A stretch of 64,000 bases of DNA from Welwitschia mirabilis (GCA_051453625.1 JBOZIK010000001.1:15471778-15535777); one strand, 5' to 3'. Shown: positions 40,612 to 55,100, counted from the first letter of the stretch. The notes: generated from the sequence alone by a model not told the origin. Translations and numbers: made by a program.

Positions 40612-42985
40612 ATATTAAAAGAGAAATCACACCTTGAGGGAGACTGTCCATCACATAAACTAAAATTGAAAATATTAATTTTAATTTGAACCTTTTTAGT
40701 AGAATTGAACTATTTTTCCTTATAATGATTAAAATAAAACATTTCTAATCAATGAAAATTCTTTACCAAATTCAATATTAATCTCCCCTTTGACTTCCAA
40801 AATTTGTGCTTTCATGTGGTCTTATAGAGTTGTACCTATTATTCCTTTCTTCTCTTAATTGATTTTACTTGAAAATAATTGTATACCTTTAATGTTTTAT
40901 CAATTAGTAAACATTTGATCTGGATCTTATTTCTCTAAAATCATGTAATATCCTTAGATCATAAAAACACATCATTTTTATTTTTTTTAAATAAAAGTGT
41001 TGACTATATTTTATGTTGTTAATAAAATTTGCTTATCTTGATATTTTTTTGGGCTTTCATGGTTATTTTAATTTTGATTTTCAGCTTTATATTTTAATAG
41101 TTTCTATTTTTATTTTTTGTTTTTGTTTACTACTAGGCCTCTATTTTCTATTTTTACTTTCTCTGTCTATCATTCTTTATGTCATCTCAACAACGAGAAG
41201 GATGATAGTCCCTATTTTTCATTTTCTCTCTTCAATATTTTCATTAGATTTCTATTTTCTATTTTTGTTTTCTATCCTTGTCATCCTCTCTGTCATCTAT
41301 ATGATAAGAAGAATGATTGTTAGCTATTTTTATTTTGTTTTTTGATTATTTTTGAGAAAATACATTTTGATGGCTTTGTTGAGATTTTTAACTTGATCAC
41401 TTAAGAATTTTAGAAATTTAATGAACAAATGCTAAAAATATTTGAGCAAATCATCTGAATTTTCTTTTAGCTTTTACCTTTAGTGGTCATTATGATATTA
41501 CTTGATCATCTTTTAAACATGACTTATGTATGACTAGTCTTTGACTTGGGCATTTTATGGTGGTAAGATTGAATTCACCTAATCTTAAGACATTTAAATA
41601 TTTATGAAATTAAGTTTGAAGGAAGATGCTTTATTTTTTATTTTTTCTTCAATGGTGAAAAGGTCTTAGATTAATTAAGAGTATTCTTTTTTATCTTCAT
41701 CTTATGACTTTATCTTTGTCTTTTGGAGTGTTTCATTATGTAGAATGTTTATGCAAAAAAAGGGGGAGGAAGAAGAGTGAAATAAGACTGTAGTATTTTA
41801 TTTGAGATATTTCAAAAACATAGTCACCATGATGTCTTGCTACATGTACACTAGGGCAAATATTTCCAAGAGGAGTCTTTGATAGTGTAATATGATAGCT
41901 ATCAAAACTCTACTAGGAGGTTAGTTAGCCATGATTCATAGGTTATTACTTCTCTGACTATGGATACACTCCCCTCATCATGGATAATCAAATAATAATA
42001 TAAGCTAGAGGGCTAAGGAATTAGTGATATTCCTGATGTTATCAAAGGCATTGCTTATTTCCTAAACTTTTAGTCCTTTCATGTGATCATTTCATTTCTT
42101 AAGATTTAGATGTTTGTTTTGAGATGTTGGTAGATAAATTCATTTTTGAGAAACTATTTGATCTAGTCATTCATTATTTAAAATATTTCATTTTTAACAT
42201 CTTCATAACCACTACCTTATTGAATGGAATTTTTTATATATTAAGTCATGCATTTTAAAATCAAGTGATGTTATGATTTCTTTCGTGAGAGTCTAATAGA
42301 TTAAAATGTCATTAGGTGAGCTATCTTTTGTTTATGTTACTTTATGTTTGTTCTTTTTGTTTTCTTTTATGTTTTGGTTAGTTGTTTCAAAGTCATAACT
42401 ATATTTTCTTATCTTTTTAGGACCTTAATGATTTCCTTGCTTAGTTTTTAATAAAGCATTATTTTCTTGCTTTAATAAGTCTATGATTTTAGTATTTTAA
42501 AGTTTTAAATGCTAATCTTAATCATTTTTTTAGACACAACATTTTATTTGTTCACTTTTCTACTTGTTAGAATATTTAATGTATCTATATTTTTTTTACA
42601 TCTGACATTTTACTCAACTTTACAAGTCATTTCAAAAGCTGTCCTATTTTAATTATCCATCATCTGCCTTCTCACTCTTGCTTACTTTCTTTGCTTTATT
42701 ATCCAATACTAGATGTATTTCTTTTCTTGGGGGGTGGCAAGGAAGAGCATGACCCATTTTTATAGCTCATTTTCACAAATTTTTGAGTTATTTTAGAGAT
42801 TTCATGACACATAATTTTAAATTTTTCATACAAATTATGCATTACATGTTATTTGGTTATAAGATGTATTATATGAGCCTGTTTTAAAGATTTATAAATT
42901 GATTTTTTATAAGATAAATTAGCTCACAATTACGGCTTTTCACCTTATTTTTGTCAGAAACTGACAAATGTAAACTGAAGGGCTA

Positions 42986-44054
42986 TGTTATGCCACTAAT
43001 TTGTGGTTATTTGATGGGTTTTATGAGCTATTTTATAGGACATTTGCACAGGTTTAGATGCAATTCTGAGGATTTTGAAGAATCAATAGAAGATCTTAGA
43101 AATGTATAATTTCGAGCATGATTTAAGACATTTATGGTACATTCTGATACTCATGTCTATGGAAGGAGATTTATGAATGAAAATGCTAGCCTCTGCTAAC
43201 TTGGATGATAACGAAGATAATCATCCTTTCTATTATCTAAACAACAGGTAGGACAATGACACCATTAGCTGCTAATATGGACTGCTGAGTTACTTGCCGA
43301 GTCATCTTTTATACTGGTCTATTGTTCCCATCATCGTCTAAATGATAGTTAGGATGATACTAACATGTAACTAAGTCTAACAGTCAACCCTTGACTGTTT
43401 CATTCATTTCTTTTATGTAAAAGAGCACATTTTTAGAGTGCCTTCTATTTGTCATTTTTTGCTATGATTTATTATAAATAAGTACTTCTTCAACTCTGTT
43501 CCTTTTCTTTATTGCATTGGAAATTCTTGTGATAGAAGATTAAAGGGTAGGAGATCCATATCAACTATTGTTGATATATGTTTCCTTGATGGAAGGCTAT
43601 GTATCCTCCATTGAGGCCTAGCTGTTTTATAACCCAAATGTTGTTACTGTTAATATAAAATTTGTTTTTATGTTTACATATTAGTTTGTTAGATGTTTTT
43701 TATGATTTATGTTACCTTTATCTAGTGACAAATTCTTAAGTAATATAGATAATCAAGGGTATCCTTTGTCAAGGATAAATAAAAGTAGTTTAGTTTCACT
43801 TTGCATTGCATATATAATAGTTTCATTTTACATTTGTATTGCATCCTTTATTTTCTATATTGTTCTTTAATTTTAGTTCCTATTCTTTGTGAAAAGTAAT
43901 CCAAGTCTCATCTCATAGTCTTCAGTAAGAATATGACATTTAAGTTAACTCCCACTCATACTAGTATATTGTATTATGTGAGAAATCTATTTTAGTTTAT
44001 GAATGATAGATTTCTTTTGAGTATAAACTACTTGTATAAATACACACTGTAACA
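42986..44054 (+). repeat. 3' LTR
   Basis: tgttatgcc...ctgtaaca with canonical TG..CA termini, preceded by the PPT and followed by the TSD cttat. Confidence 0.92.
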
Positions 44055-44565
44055 CTTATAAAGGTAATATCTAATTTATTTATAATTGAACATCATTATG
44101 ATAATGGAAAATATAACTAATGTAGAGAGATCTTTAGAGAAATATTTGGCTTCCATTCCAGATCTCAATAACATACTAGTTGTATTTTTATCTTGGAATA
44201 TCAATTTAATGAAATTATAACATAATATATTAAAAGAAACATGATCTAAAATTAGATGTCTTAAAAGTTTAACCATTTATTTATATATATTCAATTTGAT
44301 TTCTTCTTTAGCAATAGCATAATTTTATAACTCCTTACTATTATCTTCAAAAGGAAAATGGAATTCCTAATAACTTTAATATTATGCTCTTGTCTAAACT
44401 TTTTTAATTCTTATATAACATCTAATATCTAATACTATTATTACAATAAATAGAAGATTTTAATGAGTTTACATGATATCTAGAGTATTGTAATATTCAT
44501 TAATACAAGCTAATATTATATTAATGCATTGAGGATTATTTTTAGGCATAAAAAATGAATCTCTA

Positions 44566-45740
44566 TGTTCATGATATTTTCTTAAATGATGGATTAGTTC
44601 AACTGTGACATGATAATAAGTGATTTTGTTAGTTGTGATGTAATTTTAATAGTGGGATTTACCTAAATTGGAGTAAATTTGATTTAATTTGACTATTTTG
44701 GTTTAATGGAATTTGACTATATGGATAAGCTAGTGCTGATTGAGTTTGCATGTTATGGTTTAACTGAATTTTAGTAAGTTATAGTTTAAATGGGTTTGAT
44801 AGTTTAACTGAATTTGATAGTTTCACTATTTTTGGTTTATCTAACTTTGATTCCCTCTTAAGTTTAGTTCTAGGTAGTATTATTAGATAATGATACTAAT
44901 ATTGAAATATCTCAAGCTTGAAATATGTCAAACAAATGAAAGAAATTTTGTGGTTATTTACAAGATAAGGATTGACAAGCTATATGAAAATTTTAAACAT
45001 TAGCAAGCCATGGTTAACTTACTAAAGTAAGAGTTTGGAAACTATTATAATTTAATGATTTTGACAATAATTAGTCTTAGTAACTTTATAAAAACTTAAT
45101 TTGTAAACATGAGAAGGAATGATGATTATTGTCTATGAAAAATACAAATACAATTTGAATCAAACTTCTAATGTTATGGTCACATTTATTCATTCGTGTT
45201 GAAGAAAATTTATTTAACCACACAAGATTTAGTATAAGGTTTTATTCATTTATTCCAAAGGAAAATTATTTAAAAAACAAGAGTTAGTAAAAGGTTTAAG
45301 AATTTTACTGACCCCTAAAAAAAGAATTTCTAATCATTTGCCATCTACTTTATTTTTTTAATTGTTAAAGAATAATTAAGACTAATATTCTCCATTAGCT
45401 ATATAAATGAATTCTCAATGATAATGTCTAATAATAATAGAAGTTTATTTTTTTAAAGAAAATAAATAAACCTGAGATACCATAACAAAAAAAAAGAGAG
45501 TCTATGTATTTATCTTATATTTGATTATTTAAACTAATGTTAGAATTCAACATAAAGTGGCAACATCTAAACTATTCTTTTAAAAAAAATCCCTGTAGAA
45601 ATGTAAAGAATGATCAAAGACATAGTACTTCTCAGATAATTAGATAAGGTCATTTTAGAAGTTTTCATAAAATGATGTACTGTAATAAAATAGCAGAGTT
45701 TCAATACATAAAGTAAAATTTTAAATCATAATAGTGAGGG
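44566..45740 (-). repeat. 3' LTR of the Tat-like element
   Basis: Collinear with 55623-56733 (shared ttttaatagtgggattt, gtagtattattagataat, aactttataaaaactt, ttagaattcaacataaagtg, ttttagaagttttcataaaatga). Has internal ~18-bp tagtttaactgaatttga repeats. Confidence 0.85.
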
Positions 45741-48700
45741 ATAACGAGCCTATAATTCTGAAATAGTATTTGATTTATATAGCATGTATTTCATAGGGAT
45801 CATGAAGACTACAATTCAAAGATGTGATAGTAAACTACTCCTTTTCCTACGATGACGTCACTATACACTAGCTCATCACCTTTGGTACCACCTAATTAAT
45901 CTTCTCCTCATAATGACTATGTTTTCTTATCTACACTATAACCTTTTGTCCACTGGTTGTTATCCTTCTCTTTTGCATCTCAGAGTACTTCCACATTTTT
46001 CTCAGCATTGCACTTGGGAATTTCTCTTCTACAATGTTGCTTTTCATTGATCCTACTAGTGGTCCTCTGCCTTTGAATGCTCCTATATCCATGACATCTT
46101 AGCAGCATCATCTTTTTCCACCACTGCTTTATGCCTTTCTTGTTTAAATGTAGACTATCTTATGACCATTTCCTAAATTCTTTAATTCATTAATTACATA
46201 ATCTTTTTCTACTTACATGTGGATTGCAATTTGTCTTCTTTTTGAGATGTCTTTATTTTCTAAGCACTTACTTAACACCAACTCTTCTTGTGTGGATGTC
46301 ATCCTTCTTTATCCTACATGCCATTTTCATTTTTTAATTGCCACTGCCTTTTCTTTTAATGTAGGCCATATTTTCTATTACCTTCATTCACTAACTACCA
46401 TTGTATAACCTTCTCTACTTGATTTAGCTCTCATTTCTTCAATTCCATCATTGGAAAGGGATAACATAACTTCTTGTAAAGTGATTAGTAATACTATTAA
46501 TGGATGGCATAACTATCCTCCTTTTGATATGAGGTGAATGAATAGAAACCTCATATTAAAAATAACATCTAAACACATGCCCAACTTACTTTCATTTTCT
46601 TTTTTCCTCCTTTTATTTAATATGTTTTTGTCATGTTTTTTGAATTTTCTCTTTTATTTTTTTAAATTTTTCTTTTTTTATAAAAAAAATTTCTTTTCTT
46701 TTTTTTCCTTTTTTAGATTTTTTTAATAATAAATTGGATGCAATGGAGATGAAAAATGCTTGAGCAGCAATGTAAAAGAACAAAAATGTGGCTGGTGATG
46801 TAACTTAATAAGGTAAGAGGGACAAATGTAAAAAAATAAAAAACAGAAGAGATAAATGAGCTCTGACCATAATTATGAAAATGAATAATGTTATCTTAGG
46901 GTTTAGGAGAATGGTAAGTAAAGAAAAGGGGATAAGAGGTGACAATAATGAAAAATAGATGATTGTGACATCATAAGGTGATGAATCAGGTTGGTGGAAG
47001 GGATGGGTACCAAAATATAATAAGTTAACCAAAAAGTGGGTTTAGTCTCAAATAGGTAAGAGAAAATGCAAAAATGACTTTGAGGTAATTGATTATATGT
47101 ATTAATAAAATACCAAATGATAATGGATAAATAGTAGCATTAAGAATATTAATTTATACACCTCTAAATGTCAATATAGCAAAGTTTGTTGGCATAAGTC
47201 ATAAAGATTGTTTAACATCATGGTCATGTGGTTTAACACTAAACACCATAGAGTATCATGTGGTAAGGGTAGTGATTATGACAAGGTTTATGATTATCCT
47301 ATGGAATATCAATATAATGTTATGACTATAACTTAATCTAATTGTTAGCTATAACAACTAGTAAAATCTTAACAACTCATCACCCATACTTGTGAAGTTA
47401 TAGCTTTAGAGTTATGGAAAATCAAGTTAATGGTGTATTTATGGAACACTATCCATGATGATGAGGGGAGTTCAATCACTTTCAAGAGTGTAATAATTCA
47501 TAAGCCAAAGCTAAATCATGACCAATTGACATGCTGGTCGAGTTTCCATAGCTACTATATCACATTGCTAAAGGCCCCTCTTAGGAATATTTTCCCTAGT
47601 ATACTTATGATAGGACATCATGTTTTTTTAATTTCTTTTGAGTATTGAACAAGTGACTTAGATTTCCCTTTGTTTTTTGATTTTTTTAAATATTGATTAA
47701 TCATTAGAATGCTAAATTGTAAGACTCACAACTAAAGATAAGCATCAAATTTAACATACTCAATGCCAAGACAAAAGAACATAAAACATTGTAGCTCATA
47801 GAGATGAGAATGTTTTAAGATTGATGAAATCTAATCTTACCATTATAAATGCCCCAAAGTATAAAAACTACTTTCATGAAGATTGTAATGTGGTTTAGTA
47901 CAAGGCCAAATGAATAGATAATAAAATAAAGAAATGACATAAGTAAGAAATCCTATTGAGGAGTCATTTAGAAAAAGGTGAAGTGAAGGCTCATATCTTA
48001 ATGAGGAGGGTCTTCTTACCCCATTTCTTCTATTATGTTATGACTATACTGATAATTATTAATATAATCTCAATTGTCATCCATTGATCCTAAGATTTTC
48101 TTGGCATCCTAATTAAGAACCTTCATGAAGTTACTTAAGACATACTCCTCTATAAGATGAGGACATAACTACTTAAAAATTAAATCATTATAGAGATATA
48201 CCCAAATAAATAATATAAAATAATCAGTCATGAAGGATAGAAGAAAAATATAAAAGAAAAATTTAAAAATATTAAAAGGAAATACTTTGAAATAATGTGT
48301 ATTTTTCTAAATGAAATAAAATGAAAGGTATAGCAAATATGACATGGATATGACCAATAGAATAACACGATGATACGAGTGAAATGGAGTAAATGGAGTA
48401 ATGATGATTGGTAAAGGATGTAATTAGATGCATGGTATAAGGGATATATCCCTAATAATATCTAGTGGAATGATGATGGTGGTGTATGAGTAAGTAAAAT
48501 AGAAAGGCAAATGTGAGGTGTGAATTATGATAGGAAGAGGATTAGGTATATCATAGTCTAGGTTAATCTGGTATATGTCATTATTGTTATACTCTACTTA
48601 TGTATCCTCATGAAGTGGAATGTCGATCACAAAAAATATTAGAACCATGGGGGATGAGGTGACTCCTATCATATGTACCTAGCAAATAGCCTTCTTTGAT

Positions 48701-49249
48701 CTTGTCATGTATTCCTAGCATACAATCTTATCTACCTTATGCATGAACGCAAGCAATACACATCCTTTCTATGATCTAAGAAATGCAAACATGAAGACTA
48801 AAACATGACATATGCATGATGTATGAAAAGAAGAATGTTATCCTGTATGAAAACCAATGTGCATATACATGAAATATTTCATCGAGAAAATAAATGCAAT
48901 GGAAAACAATGTAAAGTAGCTAAAAAAATGTTTAAATGAATAAATTATAGAATATAATAAAAATAACATGTATTTTAGATTTTGTTTCATTGATAGTAAG
49001 ATTGAAGATACAGGGAACTTACTCATTTGCTTTCTTTGAAATCATCTAGAGTCTTTAGTTTGTATACTTTATTATTAAAATTTTGTGAGACAATGAATTA
49101 TCCTAATCAATTTAGTAAAAACTTCAAGAAATTTTCATTTAAATTCAATTTCAACACTAAGTTACCTATAGTGTATAACCTTATATTTACATTCTTATTA
49201 TATTCATTACTGATTTTCTTCTCATAAATTTGACTTTTTTGTAAGGGTT

Positions 49250-52200
49250 TTACTCATTTTTTAGATAAATTTTTAAGTTTTTTAAGCCACATTTCCTTTT
49301 TTATATCAAATAAATCTATGTCTTTAACTAAAGTCCTTAGTGTGAAAATCTGAATTTGGATAGGTAAGACTACTTTGGTACCATAGATTAGTTGAAATGA
49401 AGTCATTCTAGTGGGAGTTTTTACTCTAGTACAATAAGCTCATAGTGTGAAAGGCAATTTTTCATGCAATGATTTTGCATTATTTTGTAAGAAATTCTTG
49501 AGGTAGTTTACTATGACTTTATTAGTTGCCTCATCTTATCTAATTACTTAAGGGTAATACAATATGGAAAACAAATGCTTTACCCTAAATTTTCCTAAGA
49601 AATTTCTTAATTCTAATGATGTGAATTATGAACCATTATTAGTGACAATAACATAGGATGTATCAAATCTAGTGATGATATTATCAAGGATGAAATTTTG
49701 AATTTGCTTTGATGTTGTTTATTATAATGGAATTGCTTGGACCCATTTATAAAATTATTTTATCATGGTAAGAATAAATGCATATGTCTCAATGAGGTAG
49801 GCATAATAGGACTAATTAAATTCATATCCGCCTCTTTAAGACTTAAGTTGGATTAGAATAAAAAAATTTAGTAGGCAATTAATGTATTCTTAGTGAAAAT
49901 AGCTGATAGGTATAACATGTTCTTATCATCTTGAAATAATTATCATTCACTATTTTCCAGAAATAAATAGATCTTATCATGTGATCTAATAGTTAACTTC
50001 TCCTCTTATGGAGTTCACACAATCCAATATGTATCTCTTTTAAGACATGAATAACTTTGCATAACTTTAGACATCTCAATAAGATACCTTTATTTAACTT
50101 TTTGTATAGCTAATCTTGGATCAAGGTGAAGCACGTTGTTTGATTTCTAATCTTTTTCTTCTATAGTAATGAGAGATTTTATGATAGCTTTTGATTGCCA
50201 TGGTAATTCATGATAGTTTTCTATTACTTATCATTTGCTTTGAGATATTTTATTAATTAATCTACCCCATTTTTCAATAGCCCTAGATAACCTATCATCA
50301 AGTGTTCATCAAGGAAATTTTAACTAATGACCATGCATGTGACATAATTTTTAAGATATGAATCTTTAAGACATGTTTCTGTGAAGTTTGTAAGAAAGTA
50401 TGTGAATTGGTTTTTATTTCTAAAAATGACTAGAATTCCACGTGACTTAAGTGAGATAAGAAACCTTCTTACCTTTCCAAGATGTGCACCTAGGATTTCC
50501 AACTTAGCTTCATACTTGCATGATACTTGATTAAAAACTAGTTGCGAGTCACCAAAGATCCCAAAACTCATTTGAATGGCTAGTGTAATTTCTCTTGCTA
50601 AATATTCATATTTAGTAATATTATTTATGCAACAGAAATTTAGCTTGAAAGAGAATAGTAACTAGTTTATTATTAAAGAAGAAGATTACTTCTAAAAATA
50701 GACCATTTCTATTAGATGTGCCCTCTAAGAACATCAACACATCTTAATTGTTATTCTTTTCAATGACATAAATTTATTTATTAGGGAATTATCTAGATTT
50801 ACTAAATACTTCACCTTTAGTTTTAATTATAAGTTCTACCATTTTTTTTGGCTATATGCTTACCTTTGATTAATTATTGTGATTGAAATTTTAAGTCAAA
50901 CTTGATAAGGATCAACATTCATTTGGTTAGTTATGTATTATCAATAGAGTATTCATGTAGATTTTTTAGTAGGTTATAGATGTTAGTTAAAATTATTTAA
51001 TTTTCATTATGTAATGATAAATATTTTGTAAATTAAATACTAAACTCAAACTTGTCTTTTCTACATTAGTATTATTTCTCTTGTACTGGTGTAGTGTCCT
51101 ACTAATTTAGTAGATTAGATGATCTTGATGAAGTTTGTCTCTTTGAAAGGTCATCATGCTAATGGATGATAAAGTATATGCAAGATAAATATAAAAAAAC
51201 TAATTTGGCCTAGCTGAGCTTACAACAAAAGTAGATGTTAAATAATATTTGATCTTATCAAAGGCCTTTTAGCAATCTTTGTTCCATTTGAACTTACTAT
51301 TTTTGTTAAATAAGTGCATGAAAGACTTACACTAATTTATTAAGGTTGAGATGAATTAGAGTAATACCTACAACCTATCTTGTAGAATTCATAGTTCTTT
51401 TAGATTCTAGAAGGCTGACATATAAGTAATTTCCTTCATACTCTCTAGATTAATTTTTATGCCTCATTTCAATACCATAAATCCTAAGATTTTCCTTGAC
51501 AACATACCAAACATACATTTATTGAGATATAGGTGTAAATTATATTATGTTACTTGGGTGAAGTATTGGTTTAAGTTATCAGGATAATCAATGAATGTCT
51601 CTAACCTAGTCACAACTTCAATCACATAGTCTTCCATATTTTGATGGATTATGTTAAATAAAATCTGCATCATCACATGCTAGCAGGCTACACTAGTAAT
51701 ATTTAACCTAAAAGGCATCATAATATAATAGAAGAGGCCTCATGGCATTATAAATATTATTTTATGTTAATCTATAAGATTGATTATAATCTTAGTAACC
51801 ATCCATGAATGATAAGTGATCATAACTAGCACTATTGTCTACAAGGATATTAATGTTTGGTAAAGAATAGCATTTAAGATAACCTTGTTTAGATTACAAC
51901 AATTAATACAAATCCTAATTTGGTCATTTATTTTTGGAGCTATCACCATGTTCAAAAACCTATTTGAATAGTTTACTAGTCATATGAAATTGGTAATTAA
52001 AAGACATGCTAAGCTTTGCTTTACTAGTAATGCAAGGCAAGGGTTAAGATTTTTAATCTTCTATATCATTGAGATTGAGTTTGTCTTTAGGATGATGTTA
52101 TACATAACTATCGATGTATTGATACCTAGCATATCTTTGTATAGACGAAGATGTCCCCATTGGAAACTTCACAATTTTAAGCTCAGATTTAGTTTGTTAT

Positions 52201-55100
52201 GGTGGTTGTTTATTAATCTTAAGATATTTCTCTTAATTGGTAGGTTTTATTAGGAATTTGTATGCTACAACATATTATTGCTTTATCAAAGATGATTTCA
52301 TCTTCTCTAACTTCATCATTTTATATGCCTTGGCATTTTCACTCATTTTCTCTTGGTTTAAGAAGACATAAGGTTTTATTAGAGATTCATTTTAATCAAA
52401 ATTGACAAGATTGCTATTAATGTATCTTTTGATGAGTTGATCATCAAGAGTGACATGTAAAGATGAGCTTAATCAACTCATCATCATGATGTCCTACGAG
52501 CCAAGGGATTAATGTAATAATAATAATAATGATGATCGCACCAAAAAACAACACTGAAAAATATCATAAGCTACTTTGTCTAAAATGATACATGCAAAAG
52601 TATCAATTACTCAAAAGAGACTCTGCTTTTTTTTAAAAAAAGTTTTTTACTTTTTCTTTTCTCTTTTTTTAAAATTTTTTGAGATATTATACTTTGAAAG
52701 CATTCATGAATTATAAGACAAGCTAAGATTTTTCTTAGCAATCAAGACTTTACTTGGTTATGCAAACTCAATTTTTTGAGGTACTTTGATCATTAAGGAT
52801 CTTGTTCTTTGTATTTTGACTATGCAAGAAAGCTAGTTGAATTATAGGTTAGTTGGAAAGTCATCTAGAAGGAATAGAATTCAATGTACATCTAGGATTT
52901 TGATATCGAGAATTGGTAATACCTTTACCTTATGAGGGTCCACTAGATCATGATCGAAATGTAAGAAAGGGATAGTCATCTTCTTAGGTATAGGAGATGA
53001 TGATGGAGAAGATGATATGGATGAAGCATTTACATTTATCATGGTATGATTTCATTTCAATAACACTAAAAGTTTAGATCTAATGAATTTTATCTTTTAA
53101 TGAAATAGAGATATGATTACTTCCATGTTTATTATCCATGGATGCCCTAATAATAAATTAAACACTTCCACATTATTGAATATATGAAATTTAGTATCTT
53201 TTATTTTTTGAGCCACTTTGATGATAAAGTGAGTATTTCCTTTAATTTTTCTCTATGAACATTAAATCCTTTGATCATCACATCTTTCTTTACATTTAAG
53301 AGAGGGTCCATTTTGAGGATCTTGAGGCATGATGAATATATTACATTTAATTCAACTTGATAATAAATGAAGCTTTACTTACTTTAGTACACTTGATGTT
53401 TACTAATATGTAAGGTGGATTTATCACAATCATCCTAATAAGAGTAATATAGATGTCATGACGTTAGAATTGGATTGCTTTGTTGTCTTTTTTGCTCTTT
53501 TAAATTTGCATCTTATTTGAGGTGGCATCCTTCTTGGGTGGTTGGCTTTGATTAGGATGTAACTTGAAGCTAAAACATTACTCATATATCCTTTTACATG
53601 TAAGTTTATAAGGCTAAGAAATCTAAATTAATAAGATCAAATCATGATATGTCTCCTTTACTTTAGAGATAAGCAACTATGTTAGAAAATGTAATTGAGG
53701 GGTAGGACAACTTTAAGAGTATTTCTCTTGAATCACTGCTTTTAATTTTTTCTTGTTCTCTTAAATAATTTATTCTAGTGTCTTGTTAGATTGATATTGA
53801 ATTACTAGAATCATAAAGAAATCATTATTAGTTTAGAGCACCATATTCTGTGGTAATTATAATGTAGAGGATTAAGAAGGAAAAGGGTTTTTGTAGATTT
53901 TAAACTATTTGTTTATAGCTGCTAAGATCATGTTAAATTTTATGTTCTTTTTATTTTCAATAATGTCTTAGACAATGTTCCTTTGGTTGAAATAGTTTTT
54001 GATATAATGTCCTTAGATTTGAGGGTACTTGTAGTATTTTGACTCATCATACCATATTGGTTTAGGTGAATTTGGATCACTTTATTTGATTGAAGGTAAT
54101 TGGATTGTCCCCTTTTTGAGTAATGTTGAGAGGATTTGTTCCATTGGGATATTTAGTTTTGTAAACATCCTTCTAGGTTGAGAGATTGAGGTTTGTCTTA
54201 AAAGCTTATTTTAACCTTGACTTTGAGGTACATATGCCTATCATTGAGACTGTGATGATAATGGAGGTTTCACTTGTTATGATGGAGGATCATATGATTG
54301 ATAATAAGTCACTTGAGAATCAAAAGCTTACAAATAAAAAAGGATTAAGGTATCATTAGTACCATCATTAGATTACCCATCAATTGGGGTAGGTAGATTG
54401 ATTGAGTTGATTAGTTGATGATAGCAACATTCTTTGGATTAATACCTCTAGTATTGTTGTCCTTTTGTAGACAATTTTTTTTGGGATATTTTTTCATATT
54501 TTATGGTTTCTTTATCTTCTCCTACAATTTCTATCCTCTTTATCTATCTTATTCAAAAATTTTAAATAACTACATCCTCAAATGTTTAAATACATATGGC
54601 ATACATGACTTGGAAAAAAACATATGCCATCTCTAAGTCTATGATAAAATTCTCTAACTATAATGCAGTGACTTTCCATCGACATACATACTCTTTCATA
54701 GTCTTATTAAACTATTTTTGCATGGTGGCAAGAGTATCTAGGGATATTCTCTTTGAGATGTTAATTGAATAATGTTGGATAAATATTTCAAGGAGTTGTT
54801 TCAAAGTTTTAATAGAGTGATAGACATATGGTAATACCACTTCAGAGTTTGTTAATGTAAAAGGTAATGAAATAGATGACATGTGATGTTGTAGTTATTA
54901 TACATATGACACATGTGTTTGAAATTTCTGACATGAATCATGAGATCTTCTATGCTAGTGAACTTCTCAAAATCTAACATCTTATTTAGTGTGAATATTT
55001 TACGAGGGACATAGGGGTGAATGGGAGTATCATCGAAATTAGATTTCAAGTAGTTTTTCTTATTTTGGAAATCTCATTTTAAATTGTTAATGGCTTCCTA
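49250..55100 (-). pseudogene. gag-pol: Tat-like gag-pol pseudogene: gag ~55100-53900, protease ~53400-53100, RT ~52200-51450, RH ~51200-50800, archaeal-type RNase H ~50740-50320, integrase ~50060-49250
   Basis: gag: LDFEKFTSIEDLMIHVRNF..LKWYY. Protease: FNLLLGHPWI. RT: LPNINILVDNSA..LSFMDGY, YYIMMPFRL. aRH: IFGDSQLVFNQV..YEAK..RNKNQ. Integrase: KTPTRMTSFQLIYGTKVVLP. Confidence 0.9.

Larger units (their letters stand above)
36592..44054 (+). mobile_element. Structurally complete non-autonomous Athila-like LTR element (gag + aspartic protease only), ~7.5 kb
   Basis: Paired LTRs at 36592-37668 and 42986-44054. A 5-bp TSD cttat is at 36587-36591 and 44055-44059. PBS at 37672-37689 and PPT aaactgaagggcta before the 3' LTR. 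No RT, RH or INT motifs recognised internally. Confidence 0.9.

Noticed and set aside
41013..41345. 110-aa hydrophobic ORF resembling a membrane or env protein (and similar F/L/I-rich ORFs at 12338, 16969, 46538, 54415)
   Set aside because: They arise from T-rich low-complexity UTR sequence or the antisense strand of TE genes, with no conserved motifs.
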